Source: Limisphaerales bacterium (GTDB lineage: Bacteria; Verrucomicrobiota; Verrucomicrobiia; Limisphaerales; JAYPXF01). Taken from it: 64,000 bases of DNA. Of this stretch, positions 1-9,223 are shown piece by piece. Position 1 is the stretch's first letter. Each line of letters starts with the position of its first letter. Both the position numbers and the translations under genes were made by a program. The notes beneath the pieces were generated by a model, which was not told the origin of the DNA, made no database searches, and saw only the letters and a list, made by a program, of their open reading frames with translations. The stretch covers positions 66,816 to 130,815 of the forward strand of contig JBLFYM010000001.1 in the NCBI GenBank assembly GCA_047608975.1. Direction: 5' to 3'.

Positions 1-428
1 CGGTGGGGGTGGTCCTCCCAGTCGTCGTGATTGCTCTTGTGGCATTTCGCACAGGTCTCGGCTCCGACGTAATCCGCCTTGCGAATATTGCTGCTGCCGC
101 CGGTGTCGAGCGCTTTTGCCACGACGTTGGTGGGCACTCCTTCCCAGTAGTAGCGAACTTCCCGCGCGGGGTCCCAGTGGTTCGCTCCGCTATCGGGCAA
201 AAACCAACGTGCCGGCTTTTCCTGTTTTTGGGGGGCGACTGGTGCCGCCACTGTGGAGACCGCTGCGGGGCGAACAGATGTCACCGGCGCAATTTTGGGT
301 TCTCGATTGAGGAACCAAAACGCCACCGCGCCGCAAATCGTCAGATAGAATAGCCAGACCCCGAGCGAAGGACCGCCGGCTCCATCCGGGGCGTTTTGAT
401 TGGGAGCATCTTTGTCGTCTTCGGGCAT
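1..428 (-). CDS. c-type cytochrome-like membrane-anchored protein, N-terminal part (continues past left edge)
   Basis: Absent from the ORF track because no stop lies in the window. Hand translation of the reverse strand from ATG 428-426 stays open to base 1: MPEDDKDAPNQNAPDGAGGPSLGVWLFYLTICGAVAFWFLNREPK...YVGAETCAKCHKSNHDDWEDHP. It shows one hydrophobic helix followed by a CxxCH haem-c attachment motif (CAKCH). Confidence 0.5.
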   Translation of the reverse strand, partial: MPEDDKDAPNQNAPDGAGGPSLGVWLFYLTICGAVAFWFLNREPKIAPVTSVRPAAVSTVAAPVAPQKQEKPARWFLPDSGANHWDPAREVRYYWEGVPTNVVAKALDTGGSSNIRKADYVGAETCAKCHKSNHDDWEDHPH

Positions 429-633
429 CGCAAAACTATGCTTCCTGCTGGGCGATCAGTAAAACGATTTTGCCCTTCCTCGATTCTGAACCCAGCCGCG
501 CCCGTCCCGCCGTGAAATCCGATCAGATTAGCTTCGGCGAATTCCAAGGCGCGAAGTATCGTCTAGGCTGTTCCCGCGCAATTCGATGAGGCGGGATATC
601 AGAAAACCTCATTCCAGAATCCTAAATACTTTC

Positions 634-1392
634 ATGAAAATTCTCACCCTGATCGCCTTCGTTCTCACCGCGAGTCTTCTATCCGCCGCGGAGACGTACG
701 AATTGAAAATCTACCATCTGAAGTCGGCGGCCGATGCCAAGTTGTGGGACGGCTGGATGTCGCATGCTGGTCTTCGGGATCTCAAGCAATCGGGGGCCAC
801 TCAAGTAGGGGCGTTCAAGGTCAAGCTGGCTGAAGATGCGGAAGACAGCCGACGTTTCGTGCTGGCGGTTTACCCCTCGACCGGTGCCATTCGTCCCTTC
901 GCGGCAGCTGCTGTGATCCCCAGGCAAGACGACGCGGGCGCCGAGGCCTATTTGGGAACCGGACCAAAGGAAGCTCCCTACACCCGCGTGGAATCCTCAT
1001 TGCTGACTGCGTTTCCGGGATTTTCCAAACTGATGGATCCGGCTGGGGACGGTGGCAAGGACCGTTACTTCGAACTCAGGACTTACGAAAATCCGAACGA
1101 AAGGGCGGCAGCCTTGAAGGTTGAAATGTTTGGCAAAGGCGGGGAGATCGCGGTTTTTAATGAAGTCGGATTGAAGTCGGTTTTCTATGGCAGCGCGCGC
1201 ATCGCGCAGAATCTTCCACAACTCACCTACATGGTCGTTCACGAGAACGAAGATGCCGCCAAGCAGGCATGGAGCGGTTTTGGGGAGTCCCCGTCTTGGG
1301 CGAAGCTGAAGAAGTTACAGCGTTACAAGGGGACCGTTTCGAAGATCTACAAACACATGCTCGTTGCGCTCCCGTTCTCAGAACTGAAGTAG
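634..1392 (+). CDS. NIPSNAP family protein with signal peptide
   Basis: ORF 586..1392. Internal ATG 634 gives a signal-like MKILTLIAFVLTASLLSAAE. Two NIPSNAP-type halves are present: YELKIYHLKSAADAKLWDGWM... and YFELRTYENPNERAAALKVEMFGKGGEIAVFNEVGL...YMVVHENEDAAKQAW. Confidence 0.75.
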   Translation: MKILTLIAFVLTASLLSAAETYELKIYHLKSAADAKLWDGWMSHAGLRDLKQSGATQVGAFKVKLAEDAEDSRRFVLAVYPSTGAIRPFAAAAVIPRQDDAGAEAYLGTGPKEAPYTRVESSLLTAFPGFSKLMDPAGDGGKDRYFELRTYENPNERAAALKVEMFGKGGEIAVFNEVGLKSVFYGSARIAQNLPQLTYMVVHENEDAAKQAWSGFGESPSWAKLKKLQRYKGTVSKIYKHMLVALPFSELK

Positions 1393-1411
1393 GATCGAGG
1401 CAGCGGACGGT

Positions 1412-2464
1412 TCAACGGACCGGCACGAACTTCAGCGGGTAGGTGGAATTCGACGCGTCTTGGGCGACGTAGAGGGAACCGTCCTTCGCCAGGCAGATTC
1501 CGTGCGGATGGTAGAAGGCGTGCGTGTTGTGCTGCATGGGTTGCAGTTTGCCGTCGACATATTTCGCAGGTTTGCCGCCCAGATTTGCGACGACCCTGAA
1601 ATCTTGATCGAGGACGGAAACATACCCGGGATTGTTGCGCGTCTTGGGCCAGTCATCACCGAGATGGGGCACGTAGATATGGCCACGGTGAAAAACGATG
1701 TCGCGTGGATTGCCGCCGGGCATGGGGATGGTGTCGATCCACTTTCCGTCGAGCGTGAACCGTTTGATCTTCTGCTGGTCGCTGAGGCCCAGAATCAGGA
1801 TGGGTTTCCTGGGGTTTTCGTAGTCGACGATTCCGCCATGCGGTCCCCAATGGGCGAGTTGCGCTTCGCCTTTGCCGAGATTGCCGCCAAAGGCGCTGAG
1901 ATATTTTCCATGGCGGTCAAACCGGAGGATGAAGTCGCTGCCATAGCCGTCGGGAACGAAGATGTCGCCGTTCTTCGTGGTGATCACCTCCGCGGGTTTG
2001 AACTTGTTGGGATCGGGGTAGAGTCCGGATCCGGTGGGGCAGGGGATCGTGAGCAGCACCCGTCCATCCAGTGTGGTCTTGAATACTTTGCCGTTGGCTG
2101 AGTTGTCCGCGATGAAAAGGTATTCTTGGTCACCTTCCCGAACCAGTGTCAGCCCGTGGGCACTTTTGGCGAACCTTCCCCAGACGTCGAGCACATCGCC
2201 CTTGGCATTGAGGACCACCACGCAGTTTTTCCGGCTGCCGTTCAGAAAGTAGAGTCTGCCTTTCCCGTCCTCGACGATCGCTTTGCCGTTGCCAATGGGA
2301 TATTGGCGTTTGTTTTTGCTGGCCCAGCCCGGAACGAGGCGGTAGCGAAACTCGCCTTCGCCGATTTCGAGGGGAACGGCGGCGGGTCTATACTCAGTCG
2401 AAGGGACGTGTTTGTCGTGTGCCAATGCCGTCACGCAGAGGAAGAGCAGAACGAGTCGGAACAT
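1412..2464 (-). CDS. secreted six-bladed beta-propeller (NHL-repeat-like) protein
   Basis: ORF 1412..2500. ATG 2464 gives the signal MFRLVLLFLCVTALA. Repeated blade-like segments: YLFIADNSANGKVFKTTLDGRVL, DIFVPDGYGSDFILRFDRHGKYL, PRDIVFHRGHIYVPHLGD, PHGICLAKDGSLYVAQD. Confidence 0.6.
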   Translation of the reverse strand: MFRLVLLFLCVTALAHDKHVPSTEYRPAAVPLEIGEGEFRYRLVPGWASKNKRQYPIGNGKAIVEDGKGRLYFLNGSRKNCVVVLNAKGDVLDVWGRFAKSAHGLTLVREGDQEYLFIADNSANGKVFKTTLDGRVLLTIPCPTGSGLYPDPNKFKPAEVITTKNGDIFVPDGYGSDFILRFDRHGKYLSAFGGNLGKGEAQLAHWGPHGGIVDYENPRKPILILGLSDQQKIKRFTLDGKWIDTIPMPGGNPRDIVFHRGHIYVPHLGDDWPKTRNNPGYVSVLDQDFRVVANLGGKPAKYVDGKLQPMQHNTHAFYHPHGICLAKDGSLYVAQDASNSTYPLKFVPVR

Positions 2465-2543
2465 GTTGCGAACGATGTGGGGAGGAGCGGGAGAATTCAA
2501 ACCGATTCCGCGTAGCGGCGAAAAGACCGCGAGGCTGAACCTA

Positions 2544-2993
2544 TCAACGACTGGCGTTATTGTTCTCTTCGGAGAGAATCCGCTCGTTGAGCAAATTGAG
2601 TGAGCCCATCAGCTTGCCGAGCGTCACGGGCTTGTAGAGCACGATCGAATCGTTGGTCTTGAAAAACGATTCTATCTTGGGATTGCCCTCGTAGCTGGTG
2701 ACGAAGATGAAGCGATTGCAGAGTTCGGGGCGGACGCGCTCCACGGCGACGTAAAACATGTCGCCCGGCATGTGGGGCATCATGATGTCGCAGATGATCG
2801 CATCGGCAGTGCTGCTCATGATGAACTTGAGGGCGTCGACTCCGTTGGGAGCGGTTTTCACCTTGAAGCCTTCGGTCCCCAGCAACTCCTGATACATCAT
2901 CGCCAGTTCCACATCGTCATCCACCACCAGAATGGTGTTGATGCGTCGGGTAGTTGGAGTTTGCAAGGAGAGTTGATCGCTCATTCGTAGCAC
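2544..2993 (-). CDS. single-domain response regulator (CheY-like receiver)
   Basis: ILVVDDDVELAMMY, phospho-acceptor context AIICDIMMPHMPG, conserved Lys in SIVLYKPV. No output domain. Confidence 0.85.
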   Translation of the reverse strand: MLRMSDQLSLQTPTTRRINTILVVDDDVELAMMYQELLGTEGFKVKTAPNGVDALKFIMSSTADAIICDIMMPHMPGDMFYVAVERVRPELCNRFIFVTSYEGNPKIESFFKTNDSIVLYKPVTLGKLMGSLNLLNERILSEENNNASR

Positions 2994-3261
2994 GCTGAAT
3001 AGCTGATGTGACCAAACGGAACCGAGATGCGCAATGTTAATGTCACGCTGACATCGCGCGAAATACCGGTTTCGCGCGGTCGCGATGGTAACAGAAACCA
3101 GGGCGAAATCGCCGTTGAACTATTGATTCACTCGTTTGCCTTCCTGAACGGGGCAACTGAGGTCGGCCACGATATCGTGGCTTGGCTTGTTGCCTTCTCC
3201 GCCACTGACTATGCTTCGCTTGAAGTCGGCATTGCGCGTATTGGCCGCTACTCACTTGCAC

Positions 3262-4614
3262 ATGGAAAACTTCCTCTATCTGACTTTGGGAATCGTCCTC
3301 GGCGGGGCCGTGGGCTGGCTGGCCGCGGGTCGGAAAGGAGGGGCTGGCCGCGGGGAGTTGGTTGGTGAGCTTCGTCAGCAGATCGAGCGGAAGGAGCAGG
3401 AAGTTGGCGAGATGGAACGGCGTGAAAAGGACCAGCGGGACGATCTGGCGGCCGCCCGGGAACGGCTTGTCCGGGCTGAGGCTCAACTCAAGGCGTCGCA
3501 GGACCGGCTGATTCAGCAGGAGGAGAGCCTAACCAGATCGATGGCGCAGATGCGGGAAACCTTTACCAACCTGAGCACCGAGACCCTGAAGCAGACCCAG
3601 CCGCAGATCATGCAGCTGATGGAGAAGACGATGGCGCAATATCGCACTGTCTCCCAGGGCGATATGGCTCATCGGGAGGAAGCCATTGCCACGCTGATCA
3701 AGCCGCTTGAGGAGCAGTTGAAGATCTATCAACTCCGGTTGCAACAGAGTGAGAACAATCGTTCCGAAGCTTTGGGAGATATCAAGAAGCACTTGGATGT
3801 GCTGGCTCATCAGAGCGAGACGCTTTCTTCGGAGACGCTGCAATTGCGGCGGGTGCTGAGTTCCAGTCAAGCCCGCGGCAGGTGGGGGGAGGAAACTCTT
3901 CGGCGGGTGGTGGAGGTTGCGGGTCTGAGTCAGCACTGTGAATTTCGCGAGCAGGTGAAAGGGGAGGAAGGAACTCCAGACCTGGTGGTTCAGCTTCCCG
4001 GTGAACGATTGATCCTGGTGGATTCTAAAGTTCCCGACTTTGACTTTCTGACCACTCTTGAACAGGCCGATGATCTGAAGCGCAAGGCGGCGTTGACGCT
4101 ACATGCAACCAAGATGAAGGCGACGATCAAGGCTTTGGCCGATCGGGACTATCCGAAACAGTTTCCGGGTTCGCTGGATTATGTCGTCTGTTTCCTGCCC
4201 GCGGAGTCGCTTTTCAGCGCCGCGTTGGAAGGAGACCGCGATCTGATTGTCTGGGCGGCCGAGCGCCGCATTCTTCTGTCCACGCCGGCATCGTTGATCG
4301 CGTTGCTGCGTTCGGTCTCGGTGAGCTGGCAGCAGCACGAGCAGACGGTGAACGCGCGGCGGATTGCCGAGGTTGCAGAAGAGCTGTTCAGTCGGGTTGC
4401 CACTTTTACCAATCACTTCGACAACATCCGTTCCGGATTGGAACGTGCGTCCAAGGCTTACAATGAAGCGGTCGGCAGCTATGAACGTTCCGTTCGTCCC
4501 AGTGGCGAACGCTTGCTCAAGCTGGGCGTGCCCGATGCGGGGAAGGATTGGGTGCAGGGTGAAATGCTGGAAGAGTCACTGCGGCCGGTGACGACGGGGA
4601 AGAAACTGAAGTAG
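3262..4614 (+). CDS. rmuC: DNA recombination protein RmuC
   Basis: ORF 3187..4614. ATG 3262 precedes a TM helix (MENFLYLTLGIVLGGAVGWLAAG), then a long coiled coil, then the RmuC core (LILVDSKVPDFDF, DYVVCFLPAESLFSAALEGD, ILLSTPASLIALLRSV). Confidence 0.85.
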   Translation: MENFLYLTLGIVLGGAVGWLAAGRKGGAGRGELVGELRQQIERKEQEVGEMERREKDQRDDLAAARERLVRAEAQLKASQDRLIQQEESLTRSMAQMRETFTNLSTETLKQTQPQIMQLMEKTMAQYRTVSQGDMAHREEAIATLIKPLEEQLKIYQLRLQQSENNRSEALGDIKKHLDVLAHQSETLSSETLQLRRVLSSSQARGRWGEETLRRVVEVAGLSQHCEFREQVKGEEGTPDLVVQLPGERLILVDSKVPDFDFLTTLEQADDLKRKAALTLHATKMKATIKALADRDYPKQFPGSLDYVVCFLPAESLFSAALEGDRDLIVWAAERRILLSTPASLIALLRSVSVSWQQHEQTVNARRIAEVAEELFSRVATFTNHFDNIRSGLERASKAYNEAVGSYERSVRPSGERLLKLGVPDAGKDWVQGEMLEESLRPVTTGKKLK

Positions 4615-4629
4615 CCGGAGGGAGGGGAA

Positions 4630-4722
4630 CTCCCAAGTTCAATCTCCAAAATAGGCTTCAAAACCCAAGCACCCATCAGAGAATGTCGGCGGGCTGGTGC
4701 GCTTCTGATTTTATTTGGAGAT
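4630..4722. repeat. imperfect inverted repeat of CTCCAA / TTGGAG units (dispersed intergenic family, weak copy)
   Basis: Left arm: CTCCCAAGTTCAATCTCCAAAATA, containing ATCTCCAAAATA at 4642-4653. Right arm: TATTTGGAGAT at 4712-4722, whose reverse complement is ATCTCCAAATA. Lies just after the rmuC stop. Confidence 0.35.
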
Positions 4723-4839
4723 GGGGGTTTATGGCTGGCTGATTGACTCAAGTGGGCGCTCCAGATCGTGGTGTCGAAGCATTACATTCGTGTTTGCTAC
4801 ACTATCGCTTGTGGTCACTTGAACGAATCAGCCCGCCAT

Positions 4840-4878
4840 CTTGGGGTTTGGATTGGGGTTTGAAGTTTGGAGCTTCGG
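4840..4878. repeat. TTGRRG-unit low-complexity patch (dispersed intergenic family)
   Basis: CTTGGGGTTTGGATTGGGGTTTGAAGTTTGGAGCTTCGG, about 120 bp upstream of the hybrid kinase start at 4996. Confidence 0.4.
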
Positions 4879-4995
4879 CTGACATCGCCTGTTCATCACG
4901 GCAACGAACACCCACTGAATAAGACAGATCCGTATTTTCAATTTGGAAAGTGGCCTGGAAAACGCTATAGCAATTCTCGTGTCGACCGGAATTTG

Positions 4996-7521
4996 ATGAC
5001 CGAACCCACAGCCCCAGCCCATTCCGCGCCTGCAGGCAAGGGAGATAACGCCAATCCGGAGGAGTACGCCGCCATGGTGTTGCTGGTGGACGATCAGGTC
5101 ATGGTCGCCGAAGCGATCCGTCGCAGTCTTGCGAATCAGCCGAACGTTGACTTCCATTATTGCATCGATCCGAACGAGGCAATCAGGCTGGCGATCCAGA
5201 TCAAACCGACTGTCATTCTCCAAGATCTTGTCATGCCCGGGATTGACGGCCTCACGCTGGTGAGAAATTTCCGCTCAAATCCCGCGACGAAGGACATCCC
5301 GATCATCGTTCTTTCGACCAAGGAAGAGCCAACCGTAAAAGGCCAGTCCTTTGCGGCGGGGGCAAACGATTATCTGGTCAAGCTGCCGGACAAGATCGAG
5401 TTGCTGGCCCGCATCCGCTACCACACCAAGGCCTACGTCAATCAACTCCAGCGCGATGATGCGTTCCGCGCGCTGCGTGAGAGTCAGCAACAGCTGGTTG
5501 ATAACAATACTCAGCTGATCTCGCTGAACCAGAAGTTTGAGGAGGCGACGCGCGCCAAGTCTGAATTCCTGGCCAACACGAGTCATGAAATCCGGACGCC
5601 GATGAACGGTATCTCGGGCATGACCGCTTTGCTGCGTGATACCGAGCTGACCAACGAGCAGCGGGATTACGTCGAAACTGTCCGCAGTTCCGCCGATGCC
5701 CTACTGACGATCATCAACGACATTCTTGATTTCTCGAAAATCGAGGCCGGTCATCTGGATCTGGAGAAGCATCCGTTCAATCTCCGCACCTGTATCGAAG
5801 AGGCGCTCGATCTGCTGGTGCCGAAGGCTCAGGAAAAGAGACTGGATCTGGTCTACGAGATGGACGAGGACGTCCCGCAGATTGTGAATGGCGACGTGAC
5901 TCGTCTGCGACAGATCGTTGTGAATTTGTTGAGCAACGCCGTGAAGTTTACTTCCAAAGGAGAAGTCACGGTGTTTGTCCGGAAGGTGACCGATATCAGC
6001 GAGCATCTGAAGGACGCTCCGCCAGCCAACGAGAACGAGATCTACCTGCACATTGGAATTCGGGATACCGGGATCGGCATTCCGGCGGACAAACTCGATC
6101 GGCTTTTCAAATCGTTCAGTCAGGTCGATGCCTCGACCACGCGTCAATACGGCGGAACCGGATTGGGGCTGGCCATCTGCAAACGCCTGTCAGAATTGAT
6201 GGGCGGCAAGATCTGGGTTGAAAGCTCAGCTGATGAGGGAAGCACCTTTCAGTTCATCATCCGCGCTGAGCGCTCACGCAATCAGCTTGAGAAAGCATCC
6301 AAGCTACCCGATTTTGCCGGCAAACGGGTGCTCGTTGTCGAAGACAGTGCCACCGCGCGCCGAGCTATTTCCACCGCCGCCAAAGCTGCGAACCTCATCT
6401 TGGAGGTAGCAGCCGATAGTGCAACGGCGCTGCAAATGATCGGAGGCAATGATTACGAAGCCGTGGTGCTTGATTTGCAACTGCCGGACAAGGAGGGCTT
6501 TTCCCTTGCCGGCGAGATTCGCGACCTTCCGAAAGGCAAAAATCTCCCCGTATTGCTGATGACGGACGTGCGCATCCGCTCGGATGATAAGCGCCCCGCC
6601 CAGAGCGGAATCTCGCTCTACGTCTACAAGCCGGTGCGGCCTTCGCAGTTTTACGACGCGGTGTCCCGGGCGATGGACGGACGGACCGTGGCCGAGAAGA
6701 AGGCGCCAATCAGTTCCGAGTTCGACGGCGAGATGGGCGCTCGTCTCCCGCTGAAGATTCTTTTGGCAGATGATAATCTGATCAATCAGAAGGTCGGGGT
6801 CAAGATGTTGGAGAAGCTGGGTTACCAGCCCGCCGTTGCCGCCAACGGCGTGGAGGTGTTGAAGGCACTCGATCAGCAGCCTTACGATGTAATTTTCCTC
6901 GATGTGCAGATGCCGGAGATGGATGGCTACGAAGCCTCACGTCGCATTCATCAGAAGTGGAGCGGCAGTCGTAGGCCGCTAATCATTGCCATGACGGGCA
7001 ACGCGCGTGAAGGCGACCGTGAACGTTGCCTGGATGCCGGCATGGATGATTACGTGGCCAAACCGGTTCGAGTGACCGAACTGCAGGCTGTACTCGAACG
7101 CTGGGGGCGCGTGCAAATGCAAGATGGTGACGAGGGCACTGTTGACGCCGCGGAAGCCCCGGCGATGTTGGACAAAACCATTCTGGCGGAACTGCGGGAC
7201 ATGAAATCGAAAGGCGGTGATCCATTGCTGTGGGAGCTGATCGATCTGTTCATCAACAATTCACGGCCGCATCTCGAACAGATCAAATCCACGGATGCAC
7301 CGGACAGTCAGCGCGCATTTGCGGCTCATATCTTCAGAGGTATGAGTTTGAATCTCGGGGCCAATATGCTGGGACAGCTATGTGAGGAGATTGAAGACCT
7401 TGCCAATGGCGGGAAGATGTCCGACGTAGATCCTCTGCTGCCGAAACTACAGAAGCTCTTCGACCAGACCCACGCTGAGTTCAATCAGATCTTGGTAAGC
7501 GAGCGCGGTCGCGGCGCGTAG
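4996..7521 (+). CDS. hybrid sensor histidine kinase / response regulator (REC-HisKA-HATPase-REC-REC-HPt)
   Basis: ORF 4867..7521, ATG 4996. REC ([10 protein letters not shown]...[12 protein letters not shown]); H-box [11 protein letters not shown]; N/G boxes [25 protein letters not shown]. Two more REC domains ([10 protein letters not shown]; [11 protein letters not shown]...[12 protein letters not shown]). HPt ([13 protein letters not shown]). Confidence 0.9.
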   Translation: MTEPTAPAHSAPAGKGDNANPEEYAAMVLLVDDQVMVAEAIRRSLANQPNVDFHYCIDPNEAIRLAIQIKPTVILQDLVMPGIDGLTLVRNFRSNPATKDIPIIVLSTKEEPTVKGQSFAAGANDYLVKLPDKIELLARIRYHTKAYVNQLQRDDAFRALRESQQQLVDNNTQLISLNQKFEEATRAKSEFLANTSHEIRTPMNGISGMTALLRDTELTNEQRDYVETVRSSADALLTIINDILDFSKIEAGHLDLEKHPFNLRTCIEEALDLLVPKAQEKRLDLVYEMDEDVPQIVNGDVTRLRQIVVNLLSNAVKFTSKGEVTVFVRKVTDISEHLKDAPPANENEIYLHIGIRDTGIGIPADKLDRLFKSFSQVDASTTRQYGGTGLGLAICKRLSELMGGKIWVESSADEGSTFQFIIRAERSRNQLEKASKLPDFAGKRVLVVEDSATARRAISTAAKAANLILEVAADSATALQMIGGNDYEAVVLDLQLPDKEGFSLAGEIRDLPKGKNLPVLLMTDVRIRSDDKRPAQSGISLYVYKPVRPSQFYDAVSRAMDGRTVAEKKAPISSEFDGEMGARLPLKILLADDNLINQKVGVKMLEKLGYQPAVAANGVEVLKALDQQPYDVIFLDVQMPEMDGYEASRRIHQKWSGSRRPLIIAMTGNAREGDRERCLDAGMDDYVAKPVRVTELQAVLERWGRVQMQDGDEGTVDAAEAPAMLDKTILAELRDMKSKGGDPLLWELIDLFINNSRPHLEQIKSTDAPDSQRAFAAHIFRGMSLNLGANMLGQLCEEIEDLANGGKMSDVDPLLPKLQKLFDQTHAEFNQILVSERGRGA

Positions 7522-7616
7522 CAGTGAAATGGAGCGCGGAATTCATTCCGCCTCAGCGCCTCAGAGCACTTGGGGAGAATCCCCGCTTCCGATCACCTCA
7601 AAGCCGGGGCGCTTGC

Positions 7617-9020
7617 CTATTTCAATCCGCTGAAGAACGTGATGTAGGGTTGTCCTTTCGCCTCGCGTTGGATCATCAGGGCGAGTTCCATCGCGTGGTA
7701 ATCCCCCCACATCGAACTTTCCCCATTCGGAATCTTCTGGCCCGGTGCCGTGTAATCCCAGCCATTTGGACGATGGTAGATCGAATGCTGGATGAGCCCC
7801 TGATGTTTGGCATCCTCGGAGAGATATGGTTCCGAGAAGAGAGTGTCAGCGATGGTCAGGCCCGCCCGGGTGTAACGTTGTGGATTCACCACCTTGCGAC
7901 CGTTCTTGGTCAGCCAACGCCCGAGTCGGAGCATCCCTTGCGCAGCGATCGCAGCGGCTGAACTGTCAACCGGTTCCCAAGGGTTGTAAGGATTGGACTT
8001 CTGATCCAGGTGACGTGGCATCCGGTGCAGGTTTGGCGCGCCGGTGTCCCACATGGGAATTCCGTCACGGCAACAATTCTCCAGATAGAAATCAGCCGTT
8101 GCCATCGCGGCCTTGAGGAAACTCATCTCGAGCAGACCCGTGCTATACTTGGCCTTTTTGCGTCCGGACTGTTCTTTCCAATGACGGCTGCTGAGGAATT
8201 CCAACTGCTCAGCAAATCCGCAGATTGACCACGCAAGTCCACGTGTCCAGGTCGAGAATGGTGAGTAGCCCTGTTGGGTGCTGGGACAGCGAAAGACCCC
8301 GTTCTTCACGTTGAAGATGGCTTCGTGCACCGTGCGTCCGCGTAGATCGTAGTCGTCGCGGCCTTCACCGTAGTAGACCGAATAGCGGGCCGTGTTCACG
8401 GCGTGTTCAGCGAGTCTCTGCAGAAGTGAAATTGGTTGGTCCTGCTCGCCCATCAGCACATGCCCCAAGGTGTGAGCTGCCCCGAGCGAACGGCACGAGC
8501 GGATGGTATCCACGAACAGTGAATGGGCGCCGTTGAACGAGTGGATGAAGCCCGTGCCATCCTCCGTATCCGTCCAACGCGATGCCTGAACCGCACCGGA
8601 AACCTTCAGCGCGAGTTCACAGAAATTGCGCTCGCCTTCATCAGCCGGAATGCGGCCCTCGTGCATGAGCCGGAGCATATTCCCGTAGGTTGAAATATTG
8701 TTGAAGCCGTGATCGTGAACCCCGATGTGGGACACATGGCTCGCCATGTGTTTGATCGTGTTCTTTCGTCCCAGATCGAGGAACTTCCGTTCATCAGTGG
8801 CATCAAATTGCAGCAGCGCGCATCCGTATTGGAAGCCTTGCGTCCACTCCGTCCAACCCCGGGTCGTGTAGCGACCCTTCACGGTGAACACCGGCGTTCC
8901 GGTACCGGGTTTCGAACTGCGCTGAATACTCAGGATCTTTTTGTCCGCCAGTTCGAAAACCTTCGTGACCTTTTTCTCAAGTCGTTTCGCCGTGATTCGA
9001 TTGTCAATTCTGATCGCCAT
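7617..9020 (-). CDS. glycoside hydrolase family 88-like (unsaturated glucuronyl hydrolase family) protein
   Basis: ORF 7617..9053, ATG 9020 (MAIRIDN). GH88-type motifs: WTEWTQGFQYG, VHDHGFNNISTYG, QGYSPFSTWTRGLAWSICGF. No signal peptide seen. Confidence 0.7.
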   Translation of the reverse strand: MAIRIDNRITAKRLEKKVTKVFELADKKILSIQRSSKPGTGTPVFTVKGRYTTRGWTEWTQGFQYGCALLQFDATDERKFLDLGRKNTIKHMASHVSHIGVHDHGFNNISTYGNMLRLMHEGRIPADEGERNFCELALKVSGAVQASRWTDTEDGTGFIHSFNGAHSLFVDTIRSCRSLGAAHTLGHVLMGEQDQPISLLQRLAEHAVNTARYSVYYGEGRDDYDLRGRTVHEAIFNVKNGVFRCPSTQQGYSPFSTWTRGLAWSICGFAEQLEFLSSRHWKEQSGRKKAKYSTGLLEMSFLKAAMATADFYLENCCRDGIPMWDTGAPNLHRMPRHLDQKSNPYNPWEPVDSSAAAIAAQGMLRLGRWLTKNGRKVVNPQRYTRAGLTIADTLFSEPYLSEDAKHQGLIQHSIYHRPNGWDYTAPGQKIPNGESSMWGDYHAMELALMIQREAKGQPYITFFSGLK

Positions 9021-9223
9021 GATGTGCTGTCTTCGGGTGTCGCCTCGACGCAACCGAGATTAACTGCGGCGGGGGATTCGCAGCCAATACATTTTTCCGA
9101 TTGCAATGATCGCACCCTTGGATGGCCGCGCGATCTCGAAGCGAACCTTGGAATGCCTTGGTTTACCGCCTAATCTCAGGTCGATTACCACCGTCTTTTC
9201 TGCGTCCAATACCGATCTGCCCC

